Numbered from the stretch's first letter, positions 37,320-51,215 are shown. The stretch: DNA of 55,245 nucleotides from Octopus sinensis (GCF_006345805.1 NW_021833725.1:1-55245); one strand, 5' to 3'. Notes: generated by a model from the letters alone, not told the origin. Translations and numbers: made by a program.

Positions 37320-38485
37320 CACTGAGCAAAGAGTTCAGCTTCTACTGAAACCGGCTCACTGAGTAAAGAGTTCAGATTCAACTGAAACCGTCTCAGTGAG
37401 CAAAGAATTCAGCTTCTACTAAAACCATCTCACTGAGCAAAGAGTTCAGCTTCTACTGAAACCGGCTCACTGAGCAAAGAGTTCAGCTTTTAGAGAATCT
37501 GACTCACTGAGCAAAGAGTTCAGCTTCTACTAAAACCGTCTCACTGAGCAAAGAGTTCAGCTTCTAGTGAAACCGGCTCACTGAGCAAAGAGTTCAGCTT
37601 CTACTGAAACTGAGTCACTGAGCAAAGAGTTCAGCTTCTACGGAAACCGGCTCACTGAGCATGGAGTTCAGCTTCTACTTAAACCGGCACACTGAGCAAA
37701 GAGTTCAGCTTCTACTGAAACCGGCTCACTGAGCAAAGAGTTCAGCTTCTACTGAAACCAGCTCACTGAGCAAAGAGTTCAGCTTCTACTGAAACCGGCA
37801 CACTGAGCAAAGAGTTCAGCTTCTACTGAAACCGGCTCACTGAGCAAAGAGTTCAGATTCTACTAAAACCATTTCACTGAGCAAAGAGTTCAGCTTCTAC
37901 TGAAACCGTCTCACTGAGCAAAGAGTTCAGATTCTACTGAAACCGTCTCACTGAGCAAAGAGTTCAGCTTCTACTGAAACCGACTCACTGAGCAAAGAGT
38001 TCAGATTCTACTGAAACCGTCTCACTGAGCAAAGAGTTCAGCTTCTACTGAAACCGACTCACTGAGCAAAGAGTTCAGATTCAACTGAAACCGTCTCACT
38101 GAGCAAAGAGTTCAGCTTCTACTGAAACCGTCTAATTTAGCAAAGAGTTCAGCTTCTACTGAAACCGGCTCACTGAGCAAAGAGTTCAGCTTCTACTGAA
38201 ACCGTCTCACTGAGCAAAGAGTTCAGCTTCTACTGAAACCGACTCACTGAGAAAAGAGTTCAGCTTCTACTGAAACCGATTCACTGAGCAAAGAGTTCAG
38301 CTTCTACTGAAACCGTCTCATTGTGCAAAGAGTTCAGCTTCTAGTGAAACCGACTCACTGAGCAAAGAGTTCAGCTTCTACTGAAACCGTCTCACTGAGC
38401 AAAGAGTTCTGCTTCTAGTGAAACCGACTCACCGAGCAAAGAGTTCTGCTTCTACTAAAACCGACTCACTGAAGAAAGAGTTCAA
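37320..38485. repeat. 37-bp minisatellite, 31 full units plus a partial unit
   Basis: Consensus cactgagcaaagagttcagcttctactgaaaccg(g/t/a)ct; unit starts 37320 and 38467 differ by 31 x 37. Confidence 0.98.
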
Positions 38486-38976
38486 ACTGACTCACTTATT
38501 AGGATTCAAGTCGGTAATACTCATAGAATAATACGTATATTCACCAAATTTTCAACATAGTAAAAGGTTTCTGTTCCTACTCAAAATTAAACCAATGTTG
38601 TAACAAGCTGAGCGATAAATTATCGCTTTCACAAGGTGTATGTGCGTGGGAAGGAATAGATATGGAAATGAAGTCAGCTAGTCGAAGGTGGATCAGTGTC
38701 AAATGAGTTAATAGGTGAATGTCTGTGAAAGTAAATTTGCATTTGAGAGGAATTATACTGGCGAAAGTGGCAGAAGTGTTAAATGTTGCTTACACAACAG
38801 CGTTGCTGATTCAGACCTATCAACACCTTTAATGCTGTGATGCATATGGCGCTGTAACATGAGTGAACATAATTTCAGCAACGAGAAACGTCGTTTACAT
38901 ACAAAGACTGCGCTGATACTGTATATTATATATATTTCTCTGTTTATTCTGAATGGAACCGTTCTATATATTAAAC

Positions 38977-39900
<924 letters not shown>

Positions 39901-41120
39901 ACGTAAACACTCGATACATTAATTTCCATTACTGTAGCCACAATGAAAGTTTCTCTTCTACTCTTGGCGCCTTTTAATAAGCATTTTCACTTCGATTATA
40001 GAAGTTTATTAAAATTGAGGAGTCTGAGCTTACTGCTCAAAATCAAAATACAAAATCTAAATTTAAAAACAAATCTTAACAAAACTGCTTTAATATATTC
40101 TGGGCTCTAGCAAACGTAATATAATTAACATTGGCATAATGCGGGTTTCTGCAAATGATACAGCAACACAAGATAAAGTTACACTATTAGCTGTACAAAG
40201 ATGTAACACTATTAGCTGTACAAAGATGTAACACGGACTTAGTTGTGTTCTGCACTTAATTAAACAATAATTAGAATTAGAATTACATGACATATAATAT
40301 ATAGGTTTCGCGGAGTTAAAACAAAAGCGCTCTCTTGATGCAGGGAATTTATTTTAAACTTTGCTTGTAATTTTTAGAGTAGCGGCCGGAAACACAACAG
40401 GCAGAATAATGAAATACAATAAAGTACAATAAAAAGAATTGTGCGGATATTGGAAGGAAGACTTTACTTCCGGTGATAGATGAGAATGGGAAGACTGTAT
40501 ATATGAACACACATACACACACACACACACACAGATATGTAAGGGCAATGCAGGGAAACGTGTAGAGGAGAGGTGGAAGAAAAGTAAACACATATATATA
40601 GACAATTATATAGAGAGATACACTCAATAATACATTTGGTTGCTTATTCGAAACATATGCATGATTTCTGAACGTGAACGAAAGTGATGTTTACAGAGTC
40701 GCAACATGATTTATGATCCACAGCATGAGTACATAACACAAGATTACTGCTTATATAGTATGTGTTTGGTTACATAGAGAATTTGAACCAACACACACAG
40801 ACACGGACACACTGACACACAAGCACACACCACACACACACACACACATTTAAAACTGGCTAATTCATTATGAATTATTTTACCTTTAAATAAACATTTA
40901 TTACTGGACCTATGATAGTTATTCTTAGATGCTCGATCGGTCAGCTAGAAATAGCTACCAAATCTCACCCGAGTCAAAGGTTTCTGTGTTTTCGTTTTCT
41001 GTTTTTGTTTTACAGGAAGGACACTAATATAGTCTTAGATATACTCAATCCTCTTTTTTTTTATCTTTTAGTTGTTTCAATCATCTGACTGTGGCCATAA
41101 TGGAGCACCACCTTGAAAGA

Positions 41121-41238
41121 TGGTTCCGGGTTCAGTCCCATTGCGTGGCACCTTAGGCAAGTGTCTTCTACTATAGCCTCGGGCCGACAAAAGCCTTGCG
41201 AGTGGATTTGGTAGATGGAAACTGAAAGATGTCCATCG

Positions 41239-41324
<86 letters not shown>

Positions 41325-41518
41325 TGTGTGTGTCTGTATTTGTCCCCCAACATCGCTTGCCAACCGATGTTGGTGAGTTTACGTCTCCGTAACTTAGCGG
41401 TTCAACAAAAATACCGATAGAATAAGTACTGGGCCTACAAGGAATAAGTCGATTTGCTCGACTAAAGGCGGTGCCCCAGCATGGCCGCAGTCAAATGACT
41501 GAAACAAGTATAAGAATA
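41121..41518 (+). mobile_element. SINE-B inserted in an older opposite-strand SINE-B (41061-41120 and 41519-41600)
   Basis: Plus-strand body and tail; the flanks read as successive parts of a minus-strand copy. Confidence 0.85.
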
Positions 41519-41859
41519 ACCCATACTTATTTTTTTGAGCCTTGTCCTTATTTTATCGATCACTTTTGCCCAACAAGCTAAGTTGCTGAGACGTAAACAT
41601 TGGAAGTGCGTGGCTTAGTCGTTAGGGTGTTGGTTCCGCGATCGTAAGATTGTGATTTCACGTTGATCCAGTCCACTCACCTGTTTTATAATGAGTTTAG
41701 CCTATAAAGGAACCAGCTCCGCCAGGCTTTCTCGCTCTAGATACGCTGCATGGCTCCAGTACCCCCAATAACCCCCCACGATTTAAGGGACAAGTAAATT
41801 AAAAACAAACACACATACACACACACACACACACACATCATTTAAATTTTTATGCGCAC

Positions 41860-42157
41860 TTTTCAAGCCTAGCCAGGCTCATGGGCCCGGTTTCCCAGTT
41901 TCTGTGGCGTATGTGTTCCCCCCCAGCTGGACGGGACGCCAGTCAATCGCGGCGTTACTCACGAAACAGGAAGAGAGAGTGAGAGAAAGTTGGGGCGAAA
42001 GAGTACAACAGGGGTCACCACCACCCCCTGCCGGAGCCTCGTAGAGCTTTTGGTGTTTTCGCTCAATAAACACACACAACGCCGGGTCTGGGAATCGAAA
42101 CCGCGATCCTCCGACCGCGAGTCCGCTGCCCGAACCACTGGGACCATTGCGCTTCCA
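41860..42157 (-). mobile_element. SINE-C with tail type 1 (tail shared with SINE-D 11672-11922)
   Basis: cctagccaggctcatgggcccggtttccc tail joined to the gagtgagagaaag...gggaatcgaaaccgcg body and head. Confidence 0.88.
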
Positions 42158-42873
42158 CACACACATCATGCATAAACTTATTCCCTTACGTATATTTTTT
42201 ACCGCAATTCATTTGTGTCGTTAAAATCTCTTTGGCAATAAGGGAATCACTCTTGTACGAGTAGAATTGAGGAATTTCTAACATTGCTTATGTACAATTA
42301 CATTCTCCAACGTTTCTGCATTTTCTTTTTTATAAGATCAGGTATTAGCTGAGACTGATTTAGCTCTTATTTCTAGCAGTTCACCCGACCACATAATGGC
42401 TCACTCGTTGGTTCAACAAAATAACTGTTATAAATTACAGCTATTCTTTAAAGCCAAATATACAAGGTCTGTATATATTGGTAGTAAGACCTTCGCTATG
42501 TTAGTTTGAAGTAAAAGTTTAATTTGATTCCTGGGGAGCCTATTTACTTCACTGACTCCCTCAAACTGTCATTTCCGGTTGTAGGAAATATCGCAGAGAG
42601 GAAGTAGCACTGTCAGCTGATTAACCCGTGACGCTCTACATGAAGTCGATGCCTTTGTTGCAATTCAAATAAATAGTCGTGTATTAACAGTTTAGTTTTT
42701 ATCCATTGGTCACTCCTGTTAATAATGTAGCAATGAAGAAGTGACATGCATACATTTTAGCGATTAATCATGTCTTCTTTTTATCTTCTTGTTTTACTTG
42801 CTCCAATCATTGGACTGCAGCCATTCTGGGGCACAGCTTTGAAGGGTTTTAGTCGAATGAATCCACCCCAGTA

Positions 42874-43170
42874 CTTATTCTCTGAAATCCGATGCTCATT
42901 CATGACCAAAGGGGGTCTTTATCCTATATATTTATCTATATACTCTTTTACTTGTTTCAGTCATTTGACTGTGGCCATGCTGGAGCACCGCCTTTAGTCG
43001 AGCAAATCGACCCCAGGACTTATTCTCTGAAATCCGATGCTCATTCATGACCAAAGGGGGTCTTTATCCTATATATTTATCTATATACTCTTTTACTTGT
43101 TTCAGTCATTTGACTGTGGCCATGCTGGAGCACCGCCTTTAGTCGAGCAAATCGACCCCAGGACTTATTC
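42874..43170. repeat. Apparently perfect 145-bp tandem duplication (unique spacer plus SINE-B tail)
   Basis: cttattc recurs at 42874, 43019 and 43164; the two units read identically. Confidence 0.93.
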
Positions 43171-43436
43171 TATCGGTCTCTTTTTCCGAATCGCTAAGTT
43201 ACGGGGACGTAAAGGCACCAGCATTGGTTGTCAAGCGATGTTGGGGAGACAAACACAAACATACAAACACACACACACATATATGCATATACACATATAC
43301 GACGGGCTTCTTTCAGTGGCTGTGTGGCAAGTCGTGTGCTTACCAACCACATGGTTCCTGGTCTTCTACTATAGCCTCGAGCTGACTAAAACCTTGTGAG
43401 TGAATTTGGTAGACGGAAACTGAAAGAAGCCCGTCG

Positions 43437-43482
<46 letters not shown>

Positions 43483-43650
43483 TTGTGTGTGTGTCCGTGT
43501 TTGTCCCCCAAGCATTGTCTAACTTAGCGGCAAAATAGATCGATAAGTACTAGGCTTACAAAGAATAAGCCTTGAGGTAGATTTGTTCAGCTAAACACTT
43601 CGTGGTGGTGCCCCAGTATGGCCATAGGCCAATGACTGAAATATAGTGAT
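43086..43650. mobile_element. Back-to-back inverted SINE-B pair
   Basis: Minus copy 43086-43317, plus copy 43316-43650; perfect 20-bp inverted repeat tacgacgggcttctttcagt / actgaaagaagcccgtcgta. Confidence 0.87.
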
Positions 43651-45120
43651 AGATAAGAGAAGAAGAAGGAGGATACCTTTCGCTCCGTCTTCAATCCCAG
43701 TTCAAATTCCACCAACCTTGTTTTTCTCGTCAGCTAGGAAGATTCAATAACAAATAAGTAAATTTTTATCCACTTCGTTCCAGCTCAACAACGATAAACG
43801 ATCATTACGCAATTAAATAATTTCGGATGAAGAAATTATTATCATATTTGGTATTAAAAAAAAACAAAAAACGAACCATATTAACAAGCAGTTAGTCATG
43901 TCTTTCATTTTGCTATTTCTGCGATACATAGTGTACGCATTAGCGATTAATTACGACTGCGGTTTTGCTAAGTGAATCATTCATGTTTAAGAAACAGCTG
44001 TTGTGAGACTTCAGTTGAATGTTGCTAAATACACACGAACATCTGTTCATTGAAGATATTTTGTTAGGAGTCTAATTTGGTTGGTTTTGTTTCTGCATAT
44101 CTTGGCCTCTCTATCTTCAGCTTAGTAGTCACTGTTCTTCTGCAGTCTCCTCCCCTCTCGTCTGTTTATTTCTCTCTATTTCACTGATTCTCCGTATTAT
44201 TGTTTCCTCTCTATCTTCAACTGTTATCTACGTGCGTGTATGTGCATGTATGTACTGTTTGTGTTTGTGTGTGTCTGTATTTTTAACTCCACCTTGTTTG
44301 TCTGGGACCTTCGTTTAGCGTGTATATACGCATGTGTGTGTATATATAGATGTCAATACTTGTGTCAATGCGTTTAGTGTATTTCTATGAGTGTATGAAT
44401 GTATGAATATGTGTGTGTGTATATATATATATATATACAACACACACATACATTATGTATATATATATATATACATACATTATGCATATATATATATACA
44501 AACATTATGTGTGTATATATACACAGACATTATATATATACATATATATATGCATGCATACATTCATACACACACATATACATAGATACATACCTTCATA
44601 CACATGCACATATATACATCCATACATCCATACATACAGACATATATATGTACACACACATACTTATCAATGTAAATATATATATATGCATGTGTTTATA
44701 AATATATATGGATAAATACATATATAATTATGTACATGTGTATATGTATCTATGAATATATTCACATGTACATATATAAAGATATATGTATATGTGTATG
44801 TATGTTTGCATATATGTATGTATGTATGTATGTATGCATGTATGTATGTATGTAGGTAGGTATATGTATGTATGTATGTATGTATGTGTGTGTGTATGTA
44901 TGAACGGGTGGATGTATGTAGGAATGGATGTTTGCATGTTTGTATATGTCAATCTGTTTAGTCAGTTTGTGTATATTTCTGTTTTTGAGTGTACTCACGT
45001 GATATTTCATTCTTCTAAAGCGATACCGTGAACGAGTGAATGTGTGCGGGCGGCGGTCGTGGTGTTGGTGTTGGTGGTGGTGATGGTGGGTGTGTGTGTT
45101 TATGCCTATAGATATTTATA

Positions 45121-45368
45121 CATTGCATTCGAGGAATAAATGTGTGACTTTGTGGAACTGAACCTGGGACCATATGGTTGGGAAGCAAACTCTTTACCAT
45201 ACAGCCGCGACGACTACAGCAGGGTTCGCCACCACCCACTGCCGGCGACTCGTAGAGCTTTAGGTGTTTTCGCTCAATAAGTACTCACAACGCCCGATCT
45301 GGGAATCGAAACCGCGATCCTACAACCGCGAGTCCGCTGCCCTAACCACCGGGCCATTGCGCCTCCAC
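45121..45368 (-). mobile_element. SINE-C head fused to a SINE-B head fragment
   Basis: C head and body run into gtcgcggctgtatggtaa..ttgcttcccaaccatatgg; same junction inverted at 46940-47133. Confidence 0.8.
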
Positions 45369-45380
45369 TCATATTATATA

Positions 45381-45688
45381 TCACGTGATCACGTGACCGA
45401 CCAGACCATCAGATGTTGCTACACATCGCTGGTCACAATGCGTTCGCATTGTTTTAACCTTCGAATGACGCCACCCCGCTGGCTAAGCGAGCAGGCCAAC
45501 AGACGAAAGAGTGAGAGAAAGAGTGGTGAAAGAGTACAGCAGGGATCACCACCCCCTGCTGGAGCCTCGTGTAGTTTTTAGGTGTTTTCGCTCAATAAAC
45601 ACACACAACGCCCGATCTGGGAATCGAAACCGCGATCCTACAACCGCGAGTCCGCTGCTCTAACCACCGGGCCATTGCGCTCCCACTC
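45381..45688 (-). mobile_element. SINE-C with tail type 3
   Basis: Near-identical to 53998-54305. Confidence 0.9.
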
Positions 45689-45879
45689 ATATCATATATA
45701 TGTACATATATATTGTATATAGATATGTATATATATATATATTTATATATATATATGAATGTGCCATGAGATAAGGATATGAGAATAGATATGTTTTAAC
45801 CTTACGCTTTGCATATGACCGTATGATCTGTATTTTGCCTGCTGTTTTTTCTTACGGATGTAGTCATTATTTAATGAGG

Positions 45880-46360
45880 TCTCGCCAGGCGAAATGTCTA
45901 GCGGTATTTCGTCTGTCGTTACGTTTTGAGTTCAAATTCCGCCAAGGTCGACTTTGCCTTTCATCCTTTCGGGATCGATTAAATAAGTACCAGCTACGCA
46001 TTGGGGTCGATATAATCGACTTAAATCCGTTTGTCTGTCCTCGTTTGTCCTCTCTGTGTTTAGCCCCTTGTGGGTAGTAAAGAAATAGGTATTTCATTTT
46101 AATAGGCGGCGATCTGGCAGAATCGTTAGCACGCCGGGCGAAATGCTTAGCGGTATTTGTCTGCGTTACGTTTTGAGTTCAAATTCCGCCGAGGTCGACT
46201 TTGCTTTCATCCTTTCGGGGTCGATAAATTAAGTACAGTTTCGCACTGGGGTCGATGCAATCGGCTAATAACCTATGTCTGTCCTTGTTTGTCCCTCTGT
46301 GTTTAGCCCCTTGTGGGTAATAAAGAAATAGGTAAGTTTCGGCCCTTGTGCCTAGAGATT
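45880..46360 (+). mobile_element. Two tandem SINE-A copies
   Basis: Each ends gtttagccccttgtgggta.taaagaaatagg; second head at ~46105. Confidence 0.9.
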
Positions 46361-46665
46361 AGGAAAGATTATTTAGTGTGGTAAAAAGGGAGTTTGAGAA
46401 GCTTTGTGGTTTGTGGGATGGTCCTATGTGTTCATGTGCATGTCTCTATGTATGCCCACCTCCACAATACGTGTAGGTTGCTATGTTATTTAAGCTCGAA
46501 ATCGCATCTGTTAAACGTTGAGCATGTGCAACCATATGTGTGAGTATATGTACCTGCGCGTACAAGTGCGTGCATGCGGGCATGTGTTGTAAGTATGTAA
46601 ATGGTTGAAAATGAACATGTATTAATTTATTAATTAGCATAAATGTGTGGGATACTGACACTTTG

Positions 46666-46705
<40 letters not shown>

Positions 46706-46904
46706 TACACGCACATAAAGACATACATACAGTTTATTTATATGTATGTGTACATATATTTACTGCATATGTGTGCATGCTCTTATGCATGTGGGCGTTA
46801 GTGTGTGTTGTATCATGCACTTCATGTAGGATTATATTAAAATAACTACATGTTTGACATTTCTAACGTATGTTTATTTCCTGAAAGGAGTAAAACACAC
46901 TCAC

Positions 46905-46935
<31 letters not shown>

Positions 46936-46939
46936 CATA

Positions 46940-47133
46940 CGCGGTTTCGATTCCCAGACCGGGCGTTGTGAGTGTTTATTGAGCGAAAACACCTAAAGCT
47001 GCACGAGGCGCCGGCAGAGGGTGGTGGTGAACCCTGCTGTACTCGTCGTGGCTGTATGGTAAGAAGCTTGCTTCCCAACCATATGGTTCCAGATTCAGTT
47101 CCACAAAATCACATTCATTCCTCAAATGCAATT
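46940..47133 (+). mobile_element. Inverted copy of the C::B chimera
   Basis: Reverse complement of 45121-45316, including the non-SINE flank cacattcattcctcaaatgcaat. Confidence 0.8.
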
Positions 47134-47179
47134 TCAGTAATACCAATGTATATATATATATCCATACACACATATAAGT

Positions 47180-47805
47180 AAAAAACTATCCACACTTTCG
47201 CCAGAACATATCCTTATTATTGTAACCCTACCTTTTGCGCATGCGTGCTTATAGTTGGTACAATTGTGGGCACATGATCGAAGTTTGAGCCTGATCGTGC
47301 CATTTTTCTTTCTGGCTTTACAAAGTAAGCGTGGATGCTCCACCAGCAATGTGCAAAAAAGAAAAACAAATAGCGGTGATCCGATTTTTCTGGAAAAGGG
47401 GCGTACGGTCACCAGTGCAGATACAGTAATTTGCTGGCTAACAAACTGAAGCCAGGAATTCTCACCAAACGTCGAGGCCTATTATCGAACAAAGGTTTGT
47501 TGTTGCATAACAATGCACGCACACATACGGCCGCCCAGACCGTTGAAGGTTTTGAGGTGCTGGAACATCCTACCTACAGTCCAGATCTGTTCCATTCCGA
47601 CTATCATATATTTGGACTGTTCAAAGATGGTTTACAAGGCCATCGATTTCCCTACGGATAAAGATGTGAAGGAAAGAGTGCATAAATGGTTGTACTAACA
47701 ACCGAATCTCTATTTTGGAGGGAATGACGTAATTGTTTATCCTCTGCTTTTGTGTAAATACATTGAAAAAAAACCAACTGCTTACAGTTTTTGACTCTCC
47801 CTCAT
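47180..47805 (+). pseudogene. Internally deleted mariner transposase pseudogene
   Basis: ORF 47431-47661 KRRGLLS..LLLHNNARTH...FEVLEHPTYSPDLFHSDYHIF matches HDNARPH and YSPDLAPSDY motifs; N-terminal KEKQIAVIRFFW is fused directly to LEKGRTVTSA; 3' TIR tttttgactctccctca. Confidence 0.9.
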
Positions 47806-47816
47806 GTGTGTGTGTT

Positions 47817-47893
<77 letters not shown>

Positions 47894-47894
47894 G

Positions 47895-47987
<93 letters not shown>
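47817..47987. repeat. (GATA)n microsatellite
   Basis: Direct reading. Confidence 0.98.
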
Positions 47988-47988
<1 letters not shown>

Positions 47989-48130
47989 CGACGGGCTTCT
48001 TTAAGTTTCCGTCTACCAAATATTCTCAGAAGGCTTTAGTCAGTCCGAGGTCCAAGGTACCACGCAGTGGAACTGAACCCGAAACCATGTGGTTGGGAAG
48101 CAAGCTTCTCACCAAACAGTCAAGCCTGCA
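47988..48130 (-). mobile_element. SINE-B 5' half
   Basis: acgacgggcttctttaagtttccgtctaccaaa...gaaaccatgtggttgggaagcaag. Confidence 0.82.
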
Positions 48131-48204
48131 CAGAGCGACGCCTGCGATATATATGTGTGTCTATATAGGAATGGACGTTGAAATGTTTCCTGGATTTAAG
48201 TGTA

Positions 48205-48320
48205 TTGCAAAAGGCATGGTTGGAGGACCAGCCTTCCGAGTTCTTTTGCAGGGCTTGAAAGATTGAAGGACCGCTGCAATAGGAGTATGAATTTCAGAGG
48301 GAAGATGGAATAAAATCAAC
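48205..48320 (+). mobile_element. Fragment homologous to the interior of mariner MITE 23706-23929
   Basis: ggttggaggaccagccttccgagttctttt...gaaggaccgctgcaata versus ggttagaggtccatccttccgagtactttt...gaggaccgctgtaata. Confidence 0.7.
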
Positions 48321-48412
48321 ACACGCACATACACACATTCACAGACGCACACACATACACACACACATATACACACACTCAGACAAAAGTCGAATGGATC
48401 TATGTATGTATG

Positions 48413-48444
<32 letters not shown>

Positions 48445-48818
48445 GTATGTATGTATGTATGTATATATATTATATATAAGGATAAGATCGTTAATTTAAA
48501 TTAAATATCGATCTTATCAAGTGGCCAGCACGGAAATGAAAACCTTCAAAGGAAATAATTACTATTAAAATTATATTTTAGGGTACCTACGAGATACCGC
48601 CCTGCTGAAAATAGCAGCCAAAATCTGACTCTAAAACTACATTAAATGTTCATACAGCACAAGGAGAGAAGACAAAAAGGCAAAATAACACTAGCAAAAA
48701 ATTACTGGATAATTCCAGATCCCGGATTTCTGGCTTTGCCTTAAGAAATGCTTTGCCTCATCAGGGGAATATACGTAGAAAGTAACATAAATACACACAC
48801 ACCACATACATACATACA

Positions 48819-48879
<61 letters not shown>

Positions 48880-48886
<7 letters not shown>

Positions 48887-49200
48887 GTGTTTTTGTCTCA
48901 TTTGGTCTAAAGTCGTATGACAACCACCGTTATATATATTTTGTTTATTCATTACTGTTTTCAATTTCGTTTTCGTCTCTTGTATTCACTCCGTCTTGTG
49001 CGTTCACATTCCTGTCTTCTACCAAGAAATCTATGCTTACAGCTTAGTTTTTTTTCTTGGGGCTGGCCGAGTTGGAGCAAATATCAGAATTGAACAGCCG
49101 AAATTTGCTATGATGATTCGGTGTCTGACTGAAGATTGAAGGCTTCGAATGATTTGTCTGTGTTCCGTGTTCGTCCCTTCCTGTATTTCACGTTCATTAT
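48880..49200 (+). repeat. Unclassified family F repeat between (TA)n tracts
   Basis: cagccgaaatttgc..atgatt....gactgaaga similar to 31844-31885. Confidence 0.45.
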
Positions 49201-49226
49201 ATATAAAAACATTCATTCTCATTATA

Positions 49227-49257
<31 letters not shown>

Positions 49258-49305
49258 CATACAACATACGAATACTTACATGTACGAACGTATACATACT
49301 TATAT

Positions 49306-49692
49306 ATGCGCAGGAGTGGCTGTGTGGTAACTTGCTTACGAACCACATGGTTCCGGATTCATTCCCACTGCGTGGCACCTTGGGCAAGTGTCTTCTGCTA
49401 TAGCCTCGAGTCGACCAAAGCCTTGTGAGTGAATTTGGTAGACGGAAACTGAAAGAAGCCCGTCGTATATATGTATATATATATATATGTGTGTGTTTGT
49501 GTGTCTGTGTTTGTACCCCTAGCATTGCTTGGCAACCGATGCTGGTGTGTTTATGTCCCCGTTACTTAGCGGTTCGGCAAAATGAGACCGATAAAATAAG
49601 TACTAGGCTTACAAAAGAATAAGTCCTGGGGTCGAGTTGCTCGATTAAAGGCGGCAGTCAAATGACTGAAACAAGTAAAAGAGTAAAAGAGT
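49306..49692 (+). mobile_element. Near full-length SINE-B
   Basis: gcgcaggagtggctgtgtggtaa head to gagtaaaagag tail. Confidence 0.92.
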
Positions 49693-50147
49693 TTAAATTG
49701 CCCGCATAAATCGTAGATGTAGCAGCGGTAACTGCAGCAGCAGCAGCAGCATCGGTAGTAGTTACAATGTTTGTAACAAAATTGTTACGTATTATTTCAT
49801 CGACAGACAGCCATTGTACAAAATACCTAAGTCAGAATGAGAAATCTTTTCATAAAATGGATGTAATTACAGAGATTACTATTTAAGAAATAATGTACTT
49901 CTAAGTAGCATCATTTTCTTATAATTATTCTTTAATGAAAAGAAATGTATTTTTCTTGAAGCAGATTTTAAACGTAACGAGTTCCGAATGATAACGAATG
50001 GAGTGTAATGTTCAAACATGTACAGGATGTGTTTATGATTCATTATAAACATATGCAATCACCAGTAAACTCATTGTAAATATTCTGATATTTCTCATCC
50101 AAACACAAAAGAAATATTGGTCACGGACGCACACATAAACACACAGA

Positions 50148-50478
50148 GTGAAGACACATCGCTCAGTGTTTAGAGCTTCGAGATTACGGTCGTGAGTTCG
50201 ATTCTCGGACCGGGCTGTGTGTTATGTTCTTGAGCAAGCCACTTTATTTCTTGTTGCTCCAGCTCACTCAGTTGTAGAAATGAGTTGCGACGTCACTGAT
50301 GCCAAGCTGTATCAGCCTTTCCTTATTCTTCGGGCAACATCGGTGACGCGCAGAAGGGAGACAGACATGCATGAACGACTGTCGATCTTCCAAAAACAAT
50401 TTTGCTCGGACTTTGGCCTCTGAGGAGAACCTTCTATATGCAATCTCATGACCTTTCGTAACCACAGGAAGTCTTTAT
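50148..50478 (+). mobile_element. SINE-D with tail type 4
   Basis: B box gagttcgattctc; ttcttgagcaag..gttgctccagctcactcag domain; homologous to the reverse complement of 32822-33163. Confidence 0.8.
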
Positions 50479-50802
50479 TTTTATATTTATATACGCAGAT
50501 ATAAATTTTTATACAACTTCCTGTGTTCTTATTGTCTTAAATAAATATTCGATACCCGTAGCTACACCTTTTTATATAGCTATTATGGGAGAATTCTGTA
50601 CACCCCACGTGACTGAGTGTGGACTAAACAGATTTGAATAAAGAACTGCGTGAACTGTCTGTGGCAATTGCCATCGTTGATCGTCCGTATTGATCACTGT
50701 GTTAGTTTAATATCGTAACTCCGTTGGAGCAGAACGGCGTACCTGTGCGAACATAATAATTCTGCGATAGGTTATTCTAGATAACCATATCCACATATTT
50801 AC

Positions 50803-51215
50803 AGGCGGCGAGCTGGCAGAACCGTTAGCACGCCGGGCGAAATGCTTAGCCGTATTTCGTCTGCCGCTACGTTCTGAGTTCAAATTCCGCCGAGGTCGAC
50901 TTTGCCTTTCATCCTTTCGGGGTCGATAAATTAAGTACCAGTTACGCACTGGGATCGATATAATCGACTTAATCCGTTTGTCTGTCCTTGTTTGTCTCCT
51001 CTGTGTTTAGCCCCTCGTGGGTAGCAAAGAAATAGGTATTTCGTCTGCCGTTACGTTCTGAGTTCAAATTCCGCCGAGGTCGACTTTGCCTTTCATCCTT
51101 TCGGGGTCGATTAAATAAGTACCAGTTATACACTGGGGTCGATGTAATCGACTTAATCCATTTGTCTGTCCTTGTTTGTCCCCTCTCTGTTTAGACTTCT
51201 GCGGGCAATAGAGAC
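50803..51215 (+). mobile_element. Dimeric SINE-A
   Basis: One head and two bodies; junction gaaataggtatttc at 51029-51042. Confidence 0.92.

Noticed and set aside
37320-38485. 37-bp array as a CRISPR array, coding repeat or hammerhead array
   Set aside because: No unique spacers or cas genes; period not divisible by 3 with recurring stops; CUGAGCA does not match CUGANGA
40181-40233. 25-bp direct repeat x2
   Set aside because: Ordinary local slippage duplication
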